A DNA stretch of 64,000 bases from an archaeon (GCA_043821945.1 JBDRCH010000002.1:141-64140); one strand, 5' to 3'. Positions 10,560 to 20,404 are shown, counted from the first letter of the stretch. A program made the numbers and translations. The notes: a model not told the origin generated them from the letters alone.

Positions 10560-10660
10560 ATAATTATGAAATTATTGAATTAGATAGCTTTTTTTGAGTT
10601 TTTGGAAATGATTTATTTTAATTTAGAAACATTTAATAATTAATCTTCTTTGTTGTTTTT

Positions 10661-11734
10661 ATGGATGTTGAAGAAAGGATGAAATTAATCAAAGAAGTTG
10701 GAGAAGAGATACTTGAAGAAAAGGAGTTAGAAGATCTTTTGTCTAAAGAAAAGAAGCTGATTGCTTATGATGGTTTTGAGCCTTCTGGAAGAATACATAT
10801 TGCACAGGGTCTTTTGAGAGCAATTAATGTGAATAAAATGATTAAAGCAGGTGTTACTTTTAAGATGCTTGTTGCGGATTGGCATGGTTGGGCAAATAAT
10901 AAGATGAGAGGGGATTTGGAAAAAATTCAGGTTGTTGGAAAATATTTTATTGAAGTATGGAAAGCGTGTGATATGGATTTGAAAAATGTAGAGTTTGTTT
11001 GGGCTTCTGATTTACTAAATAATCGAGAGTATTGGAAAACGGTTATGCAAGTTGCAAGAAACTCGACATTGAATCGTATTTTAAGAACTACTCAAATAAT
11101 GGGAAGGTCTGAGAAAGATAGTTTGCAGGCTTCACACATAATATATCCTTGTATGCAAGCAGCAGATATTTTTCACCTTGGAGCAAGGATAACTCAATTA
11201 GGAATGGATCAAAGAAAAGTTAATGTTTTAGCTAGAGAAATTGGAGAGAAGATTGGGTATTGGAAACCTGTTGTTGTGAGTCATCATATGTTAATGGGTC
11301 TTACTGCTCCAAAATCGGAAGCAGAGGGTGTTGAAAAATCAATAGAACAGAAAATGTCAAAATCAAATCCAGCTTCTTCTATTTTTATGACTGACACTGA
11401 AAAAGAAGTTGAGGATAAATTCAAGAAAGCATATTGTCCTGAAGGAAAAATTAAAGATAATCCTGTTTTGGAATATTGCAAATATATTATTTTTGAAAAG
11501 ATTGATAATTTTATCATTGAACGTGATGAGAAATTTGGAGGAGAAGTTGTTTTTAAAAATTATGAAGATCTTGAAAAATCTTACAAGAAAAAGGAAATTC
11601 ATCCTCTTGATTTAAAAAAAGCCTCTGCAAAATATATCAATGAATTATTAAATCCTATTCGTGAGCATTTTAAGAAAAATAAAAAAGCAAAAGAATTGCT
11701 TGAACAGGTTAATAGTTTTGAAGTTACAAGATGA
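10661..11734 (+). CDS. tyrS: Tyrosyl-tRNA synthetase (archaeal type)
   Basis: 357 aa. Class I motifs FEPSGRIHIAQG (HIGH-like) and KMSKS. Collinear with my recollection of M. jannaschii TyrRS (KKAYCP, FGG..., ELHP.DLK). Confidence 0.85.
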   Translation: MDVEERMKLIKEVGEEILEEKELEDLLSKEKKLIAYDGFEPSGRIHIAQGLLRAINVNKMIKAGVTFKMLVADWHGWANNKMRGDLEKIQVVGKYFIEVWKACDMDLKNVEFVWASDLLNNREYWKTVMQVARNSTLNRILRTTQIMGRSEKDSLQASHIIYPCMQAADIFHLGARITQLGMDQRKVNVLAREIGEKIGYWKPVVVSHHMLMGLTAPKSEAEGVEKSIEQKMSKSNPASSIFMTDTEKEVEDKFKKAYCPEGKIKDNPVLEYCKYIIFEKIDNFIIERDEKFGGEVVFKNYEDLEKSYKKKEIHPLDLKKASAKYINELLNPIREHFKKNKKAKELLEQVNSFEVTR

Positions 11735-11775
11735 ATTGTAGATATTTTTAAAAATGAAAGAAGTTTTATTAAGTT

Positions 11776-12114
11776 ATGAGGGATTTATCTGATAGATTTG
11801 GAGTGTTTATTCAGGATATTCAAGGAAGTGAAGTCGGTCAACAAATATTCTCTGTTTTTGATTGGATTAATAAAAAACCTTTAGGAGAATACCTCCCCTT
11901 TACATTAACAGGTCTTTTTGTGGGAAGTATTATTACTGGATATTTTATGACAAGATACAAAACTCCTCAAATTCTTCAATCAGATTTATCAAGAAATCCT
12001 CTGAATTTATTTGATAACTATGAAAATATTTTTACTGAGAATGATGATTTTTTTGAAAATATTATTCCAAAAGGTTTTAAAAAGAAAAATAATTATAATG
12101 AAAAACTGCATTAA
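11776..12114 (+). CDS. Hypothetical small membrane protein
   Basis: 112 aa with one predicted TM (LPFTLTGLFVGSIITGYFM). Confidence 0.35.
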   Translation: MRDLSDRFGVFIQDIQGSEVGQQIFSVFDWINKKPLGEYLPFTLTGLFVGSIITGYFMTRYKTPQILQSDLSRNPLNLFDNYENIFTENDDFFENIIPKGFKKKNNYNEKLH

Positions 12115-12115
12115 T

Positions 12116-13018
12116 TTATCTCGTCTTAAACTCCACAACATCTAAATCTTTTAATTTGTGTGCGAGTCCGACAATCTGGCCGGGGAATTTGCTTGAGGGC
12201 CCCCATATTTTTGTCTGTGTTATTGTTTTTGAAAAACCATGGAGAATCTTTTCAGCAGCTTCTTTAACTGTTGAATTTGGTTGCATGATAATTGGTTTTT
12301 TTGATTTTTCTTTTCCAGGTTCTTTTGTGTAAATTCTAATTTTATCAAATGTTTGAAAGATCTTATTTTTTAGTTCTCCTAAATCTTTATTTTCTTTTAG
12401 ATTTATAATAACAAAATTATATTTTTTTGATTCAAGTGTTGCTTTTATTTTTCTTTCATCTAATTTGTTTTTATTGTTAAAGACTATTATTTTTTTTGCT
12501 TGCGCTTTGTCTAGGAGAATTTGTATTTTATCTATTTCATCGAGAATATTAATTATTACTAGAATGGTGTCTGCAGAATTAGTGAGACTTTTATCGTAGT
12601 TTTCTGATTCTATTGCAGGATTTTCAATTAGCTGGAAGTTTACTGTTTCATAATTCATTATTCCTATAATCGGCTCCTTGTTTGTAAAAGGTATTTCTGA
12701 AATTTTTGGATTTGCATTTGTTAGATTATTGAGTAGGCTTGATTTTCCAGAATTTGTTTGGCCAATTATAACTACCTGGTGTTCTTGTTTTTTGATTCCT
12801 TTGAAGGTTGATTTACCTGATTTAGCTTTTTTTATAATTTCTTGCTCTAATTTTTTTCTTCTTGTTGTTAACTGTTGTCTTAAATTTTCTCCCCCCTTAT
12901 GTTTTGGAGCATGAGATATCATTTTTTTTAAAGCAGCTAATCTTTTTTCAAGGCTGTCTGCATCGTGATATTCTTTTTCTGCAGATACATATTCCGGATC
13001 ATTTACATTAATAGGCAT
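12116..13018 (-). CDS. DRG/Obg-like GTP-binding protein with C-terminal TGS-like domain
   Basis: P-loop GQTNSGKSSLLN. C-terminus HKLKDLDVVEF is TGS-like. Confidence 0.6.
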   Translation of the reverse strand: MPINVNDPEYVSAEKEYHDADSLEKRLAALKKMISHAPKHKGGENLRQQLTTRRKKLEQEIIKKAKSGKSTFKGIKKQEHQVVIIGQTNSGKSSLLNNLTNANPKISEIPFTNKEPIIGIMNYETVNFQLIENPAIESENYDKSLTNSADTILVIINILDEIDKIQILLDKAQAKKIIVFNNKNKLDERKIKATLESKKYNFVIINLKENKDLGELKNKIFQTFDKIRIYTKEPGKEKSKKPIIMQPNSTVKEAAEKILHGFSKTITQTKIWGPSSKFPGQIVGLAHKLKDLDVVEFKTR

Positions 13019-13059
13019 AATCTTTTAAGGATTTACCCTCTTAAAAATTTAATGAAGAA

Positions 13060-13521
13060 TTAGTTATAAAGAACAAGCATTTTCCTTAACTGTAAATCTT
13101 CTTTAGTTCTCATAAATTTTCCTGGAAAATCAAACCAAATTCTTTTAAAAAGATTTATTCTCATTGCTCTTATATGTCCAATCTGAGGGTCTTGAAGATA
13201 AATATTCTCATTGTCTATTCTCGAAATTACTGAATAATGACCATCGTCCTCAAAAAACCACCCTACAATTATTGCACATTTCTTTTTGAGATATTTTTTA
13301 ATCTCTTTTAAATCAGAATTTTCTTTTATAAATCCTTTGATTTTAAACTTCTTTGCAATTTTTAGTAGGTCTTCTAATTCTACACCTTCTCCTCTGCATG
13401 AACCTAATTTTACTAATTCATTCTCGGTTTTTTCAATTCCGAGATGATGCAAAGCCATTTTTAATGATGCTGGACCACACGAACCATCATATCCTTGTTG
13501 AAATGAACAATTCTTTAACAT
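13060..13521 (-). CDS. Peptidase C39-like (papain-fold cysteine peptidase) protein
   Basis: 153 aa. GSCGPASLKMAL is a catalytic-Cys context typical of the C39-like family, and the DGHYSVI His motif is retained. Confidence 0.55.
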   Translation of the reverse strand: MLKNCSFQQGYDGSCGPASLKMALHHLGIEKTENELVKLGSCRGEGVELEDLLKIAKKFKIKGFIKENSDLKEIKKYLKKKCAIIVGWFFEDDGHYSVISRIDNENIYLQDPQIGHIRAMRINLFKRIWFDFPGKFMRTKEDLQLRKMLVLYN

Positions 13522-14400
13522 TCATTTATGATGTTTGTGAGATTTATTAATCTTCTTATTAGAAAGTTCTATGAGCAAGTTTAATATCTCTTCAATTATT
13601 TTTTCTCTTGCGTTGTCAAAAAAACCTAGTCCTGGGCTTGAATTAACTTCAAGAACAAGCCATTTATCTTTCTTTTTGAATAAATCTATCCCGCAAACTT
13701 TTATCTTCATCACCTTTGTGACTTTTTTTACTATTTTTTGGAGATCTTTGTCAACCTTAAATTTTCTAAATCTTTCTGAAGAGGTTCCTGTATTTTTCCA
13801 GTTTGTGCTTTCTTTTATTATTGTTTGGACTATTTTTCCATTAATTACTGTGACCCTATAAGAAGAGGATTTTATGAACTCTTGTGCAATAATTGGAAGT
13901 CTTTCACATCCTTTTTTCCAAAATTTTTTTATTAAACTTATTGCTTGAGTTAAGTTATTTGCTTTTTCAACAAAATCTCCTCCACAACCTTCAATTCTTT
14001 TGAGTATAACTGGCCAACATCTAAAGTTTTTCAATTCTTTTTTTGCAAGGACAATACTTTCTGAAAGAAGTATTGTCCTTGGTGTTGGAATATTATGCTC
14101 TTTGCACTTGAGAAAAAAAATCCATTTGTCTTCAGTATAATAATAAATTTCTGAAGAATCAACAACTTTTTTCCCAAGTTCTTCAAGAGTTTTTACAAGT
14201 TCTATTGAAAATCCTTCTGCAGAATTATTGTAAATTATATCGCATCTTTTTGCTTTTTCTTCAATCTCTTTTTCATCAACACCCTTAGAAATGTTAAAAG
14301 GAATAAATTCTATCCCTTTTTTCTTTGCTACTTTTTCAAATGCTTTTTTGTCTTGTCCTTCTTCGATTCCCCAAAATATATATCCCACCCTCTTTTTCAT
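13522..14400 (-). CDS. ATP-grasp ligase, RimK-like
   Basis: 292 aa. WPVILKRIEGCGG, ...IAQEFI..., GIDLF...WLVLEVNSSPG match the RimK/ATP-grasp layout. Its stop abuts the start of the C39-like gene. Confidence 0.65.
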   Translation of the reverse strand: MKKRVGYIFWGIEEGQDKKAFEKVAKKKGIEFIPFNISKGVDEKEIEEKAKRCDIIYNNSAEGFSIELVKTLEELGKKVVDSSEIYYYTEDKWIFFLKCKEHNIPTPRTILLSESIVLAKKELKNFRCWPVILKRIEGCGGDFVEKANNLTQAISLIKKFWKKGCERLPIIAQEFIKSSSYRVTVINGKIVQTIIKESTNWKNTGTSSERFRKFKVDKDLQKIVKKVTKVMKIKVCGIDLFKKKDKWLVLEVNSSPGLGFFDNAREKIIEEILNLLIELSNKKINKSHKHHK

Positions 14401-14477
14401 TTGATAAATTAAAAAGGAGGATATTTAATCTTTTCCTATTAAGTTAAATCTTTATACCTTTTATTTTTATTATCTCC

Positions 14478-15257
14478 ATGAATAAGCAAGAACTTATAAA
14501 AAAAATAACCTCTAAGAAAGAATTTTCACAACTTCCTAAAAGAGATGTTGAATTGGCTTTGGAAAAATTTGACAAGGAGAGGAATTCGGATCATCAAAAG
14601 TTGAAACTAACAAGGAATTTTCTGAGAAATTTGTTCTCTTCTTTTTCAAGTAGGAAATTGTTGCAGGAAAATGTTTTAGATAAGGGCAAAGATCTTGAAT
14701 GGTTATTGAAAAAACATAAGTCAACCAAGGAAAGATTTGATTTTTATGAAGAGATTTATAGAAGATTTTTTTATGGAATAAAAAAAGTTAGTTTAATTGA
14801 TTTGGGTTCAGGAATAAATGGTTTGAGTTATAATTTTTTAAAAAAATATATTAATGAATATGTTGGAATTGAGGCTGTTGGTCAATTAGTGAATTTGAAT
14901 AATTATTTTTTTAAAAAAAATAGTCTAAAAAAAGCAATCACAATCCATCAGAGTTTGTTTGAATTAGATAGCATTAAGGAAATTGTTAATAATACAGAAA
15001 AACCGAGAGTTATCTTCTTGTTGAAAGTTATTGATTCTTTAGAATCAATGAACCGAAATTATTCTAAGGATTTGCTGAATGAATTATCCCCTTTAACTGA
15101 TAGGTTTGTTTTGAGTTTTGCTACTAAGAGTTTGGGAAACAGGAAGAAATTTTCTGCTCAGAGAGGGTGGATTGTAAAATTTGTTGAGGAAAATTTCAGG
15201 ATTATTGAGGATTTTGAACTTAACGGTGAGAGGTATATTGTTTTTTCTAAAAAGTAA
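14478..15257 (+). CDS. ArmA/Rmt (FmrO)-family 16S rRNA methyltransferase homolog
   Basis: 259 aa. By recollection, aligns block by block with ArmA: KKITSKKEF..., LLKKHKSTKERF, SAM-binding LIDLGSGINGL, VIFLLKVIDSLE, FVLSFATKSLG. Confidence 0.55.
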   Translation: MNKQELIKKITSKKEFSQLPKRDVELALEKFDKERNSDHQKLKLTRNFLRNLFSSFSSRKLLQENVLDKGKDLEWLLKKHKSTKERFDFYEEIYRRFFYGIKKVSLIDLGSGINGLSYNFLKKYINEYVGIEAVGQLVNLNNYFFKKNSLKKAITIHQSLFELDSIKEIVNNTEKPRVIFLLKVIDSLESMNRNYSKDLLNELSPLTDRFVLSFATKSLGNRKKFSAQRGWIVKFVEENFRIIEDFELNGERYIVFSKK

Positions 15258-15308
15258 AAATTTATAAGTTCTTATTTATTAGATCTATTAATTAAAGAAA
15301 GAGGTAAA

Positions 15309-15482
15309 ATGGCACAAGTACAAACACAACAATCTGTACAGAAAACAAATCAAGTTACTCAAAAACCAGTAACAGGCCAGAATCAACCTGTTGAAGAAAA
15401 GAAGATGAAATGGTGGATTTGGTTGATTATTGTTCTTTTGGTTGCAGGAATTGGATGGGGAGTTTATTATCTTTGGTTCTGA
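15309..15482 (+). CDS. Small Gln-rich single-pass membrane protein (not in ORF track)
   Basis: 57 codons, hand-translated: MAQVQTQQSVQKTNQ...KKMKWWIWLIIVLLVAGIGWGVYYLWF. GAGGT lies 5 nt upstream of the ATG. Confidence 0.45.
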   Translation: MAQVQTQQSVQKTNQVTQKPVTGQNQPVEEKKMKWWIWLIIVLLVAGIGWGVYYLWF

Positions 15483-15520
15483 ACAGAAAAATTTATAATT
15501 CTTATTTTTTTATTTAAATC

Positions 15521-15736
15521 ATGGATAAATTGGTTTGGGTAATTTTGATATTCCTTTTAATTGCGGGAATATTCTTGTATAAGGTTTATTTTGAAGAAGA
15601 TCTTGTTAAAAAAGAATTAATTAAAGCTGAAATTAATATAACTTTTTTTCAGGTATATTTATGGTTATGTGGGGGAATTTTTTTTGTGATTCTTTTTTTA
15701 ATCTTTTTTGAATTTTCTAAAAAACATACTTGGTAA
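15521..15736 (+). CDS. Small two-TM membrane protein
   Basis: 71 aa with two hydrophobic segments. Confidence 0.4.
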   Translation: MDKLVWVILIFLLIAGIFLYKVYFEEDLVKKELIKAEINITFFQVYLWLCGGIFFVILFLIFFEFSKKHTW

Positions 15737-15776
15737 TTAACATTATATTTATATAGTTCTTTGTTTAATTTTCCTT

Positions 15777-16982
15777 ATGAAAGAAAATTTTAAGAGAAAA
15801 ATCTTGAAAAATGGAATGACTATTGTTTTTGAAAAAAGAAGGGTTCCTGTTGTAAGTGTTGCTTTTGCTGTGAGAAATGGAGGAATTAATGAAGATTTGG
15901 GTGAAAAAGGAATCTCTCATTTTATTGAGCATATGTTATATAAAGGCACTCCAAGTAGGGATGCTAAGAAAGTTGCAGAAGAGATTGAAAAAAGAGGGGG
16001 GGAGATGAATGGATTTACAAGCGAAGAAATTACTGCTTATTGGTGTAAGATGCCTTCTAAACATTTGTATATTGCATTGGATGTTTTAAGCGATTTAATT
16101 AAAAATCCGAAATTTGATAAACAAGAATTAAAAAAAGAAAGAAAAGTAATCTTTGAAGAAATTAAGATGTGTCATGATAATCCTATGAGATATGTTTTTG
16201 ATGAAATTGGAAAATGTCTTTATGACATGGGTGCTACTAATGTTATTGGAACTTATGAAACTATGAATTCAATTGATAGGAAAAAAATTACAGAAAAATT
16301 TAACCAAATTTATAAGCCGAATAATATGATACTTGTTGTAACAGGTGATGCTGATTTTGATAACATTGTTAAATTTGCTGAAGAAAATTTTAATGAAGAT
16401 CAGGGAGAAATTCCGGAACAAGAGTTTAGTTTAATGAATGAAGAAAGAATTGAAAAAAGAAAGGGTATTGATCAAGCGAGTTTAGTTTTTGCTTATCATG
16501 TTCCCATTGCAAATGATAAAAAAAATTATTCTGCACAAGTTCTTAGCACCTTAATGGCTGGAGGATTGAGTTCAAGGTTATTTGCTGAAATTAGAGAAAA
16601 GAGAAATTTAGCCTATGCCGTTAAAGGAGGAGCCGAGATTAATAAAAGATTTGCTTATAATTTTATTTATGTAGGAACAATGAAAGAAAATGTTGGGCAA
16701 GTTAAAGAATTAATTTTAAAAGAATTTAAAAAAGTTGCACAAGATTTAGATGAGAAAGAACTTAATTCTATTAAAGAACAAATGATTGGGCAATGGCAGA
16801 TCAATATGGAAGATTCTCAAAGTCAGATGGTTGGTTTATTAGTTTCTGAAAATCAGGGGAATGCTAAAGATTTTTATGAATTTGAAAATAATATTCTAAA
16901 AGTTAGATTAGAAGATGTTAAGGAACTCGCAAAAAAAGTAAGGGAAGGGTTTAGTTTTTTTGCTTTGATTCCCGAGGAATGA
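15777..16982 (+). CDS. M16 (pitrilysin/insulinase) family zinc peptidase
   Basis: 401 aa. Inverted zinc motif HFIEHMLYKG (HxxEH) with a downstream Glu region. Confidence 0.8.
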   Translation: MKENFKRKILKNGMTIVFEKRRVPVVSVAFAVRNGGINEDLGEKGISHFIEHMLYKGTPSRDAKKVAEEIEKRGGEMNGFTSEEITAYWCKMPSKHLYIALDVLSDLIKNPKFDKQELKKERKVIFEEIKMCHDNPMRYVFDEIGKCLYDMGATNVIGTYETMNSIDRKKITEKFNQIYKPNNMILVVTGDADFDNIVKFAEENFNEDQGEIPEQEFSLMNEERIEKRKGIDQASLVFAYHVPIANDKKNYSAQVLSTLMAGGLSSRLFAEIREKRNLAYAVKGGAEINKRFAYNFIYVGTMKENVGQVKELILKEFKKVAQDLDEKELNSIKEQMIGQWQINMEDSQSQMVGLLVSENQGNAKDFYEFENNILKVRLEDVKELAKKVREGFSFFALIPEE

Positions 16983-17057
16983 GATCAGATGAATTTATTT
17001 CAAGGAATCCTTAAAATTTCCGCAAAAATTTATAAATGAATTTTTCGTTTTTATTTT

Positions 17058-17318
17058 ATGATAGGAAAAGACAGAAAATTAGTTGTATTTTCAATTTTGA
17101 CATCTCTTTTTTCAGGACTTTTTGGATTTGTGAATAGATTTGTTGAATCACTTGAAGAAATTGACGCAGAAATAGTTTTTATTACCGGAATTCTTCTGCT
17201 GGTCATTGTTATAATTCTCTTATTTTTTCTTGTTAAGAATCTAATCGGAAATATTTCTTTGTGGAGAATAAATAGGAAGAAAGTTATAAAAAAGAAAAAG
17301 AGAAGAAAAAAGAAATGA
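17058..17318 (+). CDS. Small membrane protein with poly-Lys/Arg tail
   Basis: 86 aa, two TM segments, C-terminus KKKKRRKKK. ATGA overlap with the next gene. Confidence 0.4.
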   Translation: MIGKDRKLVVFSILTSLFSGLFGFVNRFVESLEEIDAEIVFITGILLLVIVIILLFFLVKNLIGNISLWRINRKKVIKKKKRRKKK

Positions 17319-17842
17319 GATCTTTTATTTCAATAGATATTCCTGAAGATGTTCAAGAAGAAATTATAAAAATTCAAGAGCAATTGCCAGAATTTGTGGG
17401 GAAAAAAACAGAATGTAAAAATATTCATTTAACTTTGAAGTTTTTAGGAGAAGTTGATGAGCTTAAAGTAAATGAAATTAAAAGAAGGTTGAAAGAAATT
17501 AATTTTGAGAAATTTGAAGCTGAGATTGATTCTATTGGAGTTTTTTCTGAAAAATTTATTAGGATAATTTGGTTGCATTTGACGAATTGTGATAAACTGC
17601 AGAAAATAATTGATGGTGGATTAAAAGGGTTGTTTGAAAAAGAAAAAAGATTCATGAGTCATTTGACAATTGCAAGAGTTAAGAATATTAGAGATAAAAA
17701 GAAATTCTTAGATGAATTGAGAAATGTTAAACTTCCCGAGATGAGATTTAATGTCGATTATTTTGAGTTAAAGAGTTCTATCTTGAGAAAAGAAGGACCA
17801 GATTATTTTACAATTGAAAAATATAGATTAAAAAGTTTTTGA
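17315..17842 (+). CDS. 2'-5' RNA ligase / 2H phosphoesterase (LigT/ThpR)
   Basis: 175 aa with two HxT/S motifs (HLTLKFLG and HLTIARV). Confidence 0.75.
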   Translation: MRSFISIDIPEDVQEEIIKIQEQLPEFVGKKTECKNIHLTLKFLGEVDELKVNEIKRRLKEINFEKFEAEIDSIGVFSEKFIRIIWLHLTNCDKLQKIIDGGLKGLFEKEKRFMSHLTIARVKNIRDKKKFLDELRNVKLPEMRFNVDYFELKSSILRKEGPDYFTIEKYRLKSF

Positions 17843-17906
17843 GGTTTTATATAATTACTGGTAAGGAAAATATGTTTTCTATAATCTAATTTTTTAAAAA
17901 GAGTTT

Positions 17907-18158
17907 TTGATTAAAGTTATTTTAATGGTGAAGAGTGGATTAAAAGAATTGATTAATTCTGTAGGGGTTAAGTACTCTCAAGGCGGAATTATGGCTCTCG
18001 ATAAGTGGGCAAAACAATATGGTCCAGATTCAATTGAACAAGAAATTTACAATGTTATTTTAGAGATTAATAGTAAGGAAAGATTATTTGGGGGTTTGGA
18101 TCCTTTAACTAAGAAAGAAATATTTGATAAAATTAATACTTCTCTTCAAGCAACTTAA
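17907..18158 (+). CDS. Hypothetical protein
   Basis: 83 aa ORF with no motifs. Its 3' end overlaps the convergent nuclease gene. Confidence 0.3.
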   Translation: MIKVILMVKSGLKELINSVGVKYSQGGIMALDKWAKQYGPDSIEQEIYNVILEINSKERLFGGLDPLTKKEIFDKINTSLQAT

Positions 18159-18822
18159 ATATTTCAAATTTTTTACCAATTATTTTTTGCAATTCTTCTT
18201 GTGAAGCATTAAAGATCTTTTTTAGATTGGAGAATTCTTTTAGAAGTTTTTTTGATTTTTTTGGACCAATTCCGGGAAATCCTTCTAGGATAAACTGCAT
18301 TTGTTCTTGTTTATTTAGTATTCTTTTTTTAGCCCTAATTCCGTTCTCATTGGGTTTTTTTCTTGCAATTAAATTAATATACTTTGCAGTGTCTTTGTAA
18401 TCTTTTGTGAAAATTATTGGAATCTTGTGTTTGAGAACGATTGATAATAAAAAACCTCTAATAGAATTTGCATTTACACCCTTGTCATTTTCTTCATTAT
18501 ATAGTTCCTGTTCTTCAATTCCTTCTATCAGAATCAATTTATTCTGATATTGTTGAAGTTCTTCTATTTGGTTGAGCAATCTTTTATTTATCATTGAAGA
18601 TATAAAATCAGAAACTGTTTTTCTTTCAATTGCAATTTCTTTTACAAGATAATCTGCAACTTTTAATTCTTTAAATTCAATTTCAAAACCTAATGAAATT
18701 AGTTCAGAAGCAACTAATGAATTTTTCTCTCTATAATCAATTATAATCTTTTGTTTGGGATTTGCGTGCCCATTTTTGATTATTGTTTCTTTTTTTGTGA
18801 AGATGTTGTGGATTGTTTTCAT
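18133..18822 (-). CDS. XPF/ERCC4-type nuclease with HhH2 (Hef nuclease half)
   Basis: ERCC4 motifs VADYLV and IERKTVSDF. C-terminal helix-hairpin-helix GFPGIGPKKSKKLL. The ATG at 18822 overlaps the upstream stop as ATGA. Confidence 0.8.
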   Translation of the reverse strand: MKTIHNIFTKKETIIKNGHANPKQKIIIDYREKNSLVASELISLGFEIEFKELKVADYLVKEIAIERKTVSDFISSMINKRLLNQIEELQQYQNKLILIEGIEEQELYNEENDKGVNANSIRGFLLSIVLKHKIPIIFTKDYKDTAKYINLIARKKPNENGIRAKKRILNKQEQMQFILEGFPGIGPKKSKKLLKEFSNLKKIFNASQEELQKIIGKKFEIFKLLEEKY

Positions 18823-20363
18823 TTTAACTTCTTCTGTGATTCCCACTTAACGCCATTTGCTAAATCTTCTTTAATTGAGCTTATTGCAGAATGCATTTTT
18901 TTTTCCCTACTTCTTGAAACATAATAAAAAGATTCGTCTCGAGTGTTTTTTGTTATAAGGACTATTAATTTCCCTTTCATTAATCTTGCTGTTCTTCCTG
19001 CTCTTTGAATTGCTCGAATTGCAGAAGGTATTGGTTCATAGAATATAACTGTATTAACTTCAGGTATATCTAAACCTTCTTCTGCTATTGAAGTTGCAAC
19101 AAGCACATTTATTTTTCCTTCTGAGAATTCTTGAATCATTTTCTTTTGTTCTTTTTGGCTTAATCCACTGTCTTTCTTTTTTGCTTGTCCAACAAATATT
19201 TTGGCTTTTATTCCTTTTAATTCATTAAGTTTTTTTGCAATTGTTAAAGCACTATCTCTAAATTGGGTGAAGACAATTATTTTTATTTTTTCTTTGTTCT
19301 CTTTCTCTACAATTTCAACTAATTTTTGGATTTTCGGATGTTCCATTTTTTTTGCTAAAAGTTCATTTGATTGCATGAAAATGAAATTAAACTCCACTTT
19401 TTTTACAAGTTTCATAACCCCCTTGCTTTGTTTTTTTGCAGCTTGTTGGAATAGGTTTTTTAGATATTTGTTAAAGCTTTCAAGAGTCTGAGTCTCTAAG
19501 AGTTCTAATGCATGCTGAAGTTTAATTGCTTGAGCACAGGCACTTGCTCCGAGCATATAATTAAAATTTCTGTTTCCTCTGGACAGAGTTCCCATGATTT
19601 CTTTTTGTAATTGTATCAGCCTTGTTTTTGAAGATGGTCCAAAAAGAATTCTTCTTGTTTTTAATTCTTCTATATACTTATTTAATAATTCAGAAGTGAT
19701 GTGTTTAATTTCCTGAAATTCTGGGGGAAATTCAACAAATATTTTTTCAAATTCTAATTCTTGGAGATATTCTTTAACATCAAGACTTTCTCTTGTTCTT
19801 AATTCAACTTCTTCTATAGAAAGGTTTTTGCAGATTTCTTTTATCTTTGAAGCTTCACTTCCTGGCGAGGCTGTTAGACCCAAGATCTTTTGATTTTGTG
19901 CTTGTTTTAGATATTGCTGGGCTACATAGTTGTAATCATAATTTTTTATACATCGATGTGCCTCATCTTCAATTAATAAAGAGACTTCTTTTAGATCATA
20001 AAGCTTTTTTTTTAAATCATTTGCTACACATTGTGGGGTCGAGAAGATTATGTCTGCTGTTTGCCAGATTTTTTCCCGCTGTTCTGCCTTTATGACTCCT
20101 GTAAATAATTGCATGTCTGCAAACAATTCTGGAAGATATTTTTTAAAATAATCTAAGTGCTGTTCTGCTAATGGTTTGGTTGGAGCAAGAAAGACAATTT
20201 TTTGTTTTGGAAATTCTTCCATCCTCCTTATAGCAAGCATTAATGCAATGAGAGTTTTTCCAATTCCTGTAGGAAGCACAACTAAACAATTTTTCTTTAT
20301 ACAACTTTCAAGAATTTTTTGCTGGTATTTCCTTGGAGTAATTCCTTGTAGAAATTTAGACAT
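18819..20363 (-). CDS. Hef/FANCM-like superfamily 2 helicase (Hef helicase half)
   Basis: 514 aa. Motif I PTGIGKT, motif II EDEAH, TASPG, and motif VI QRAGRTAR. Confidence 0.8.
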   Translation of the reverse strand: MSKFLQGITPRKYQQKILESCIKKNCLVVLPTGIGKTLIALMLAIRRMEEFPKQKIVFLAPTKPLAEQHLDYFKKYLPELFADMQLFTGVIKAEQREKIWQTADIIFSTPQCVANDLKKKLYDLKEVSLLIEDEAHRCIKNYDYNYVAQQYLKQAQNQKILGLTASPGSEASKIKEICKNLSIEEVELRTRESLDVKEYLQELEFEKIFVEFPPEFQEIKHITSELLNKYIEELKTRRILFGPSSKTRLIQLQKEIMGTLSRGNRNFNYMLGASACAQAIKLQHALELLETQTLESFNKYLKNLFQQAAKKQSKGVMKLVKKVEFNFIFMQSNELLAKKMEHPKIQKLVEIVEKENKEKIKIIVFTQFRDSALTIAKKLNELKGIKAKIFVGQAKKKDSGLSQKEQKKMIQEFSEGKINVLVATSIAEEGLDIPEVNTVIFYEPIPSAIRAIQRAGRTARLMKGKLIVLITKNTRDESFYYVSRSREKKMHSAISSIKEDLANGVKWESQKKLK

Positions 20364-20404
20364 AGAATGAGAAAAGCCTTGTTGTATAAATAGTTTTATA
20401 TTGA

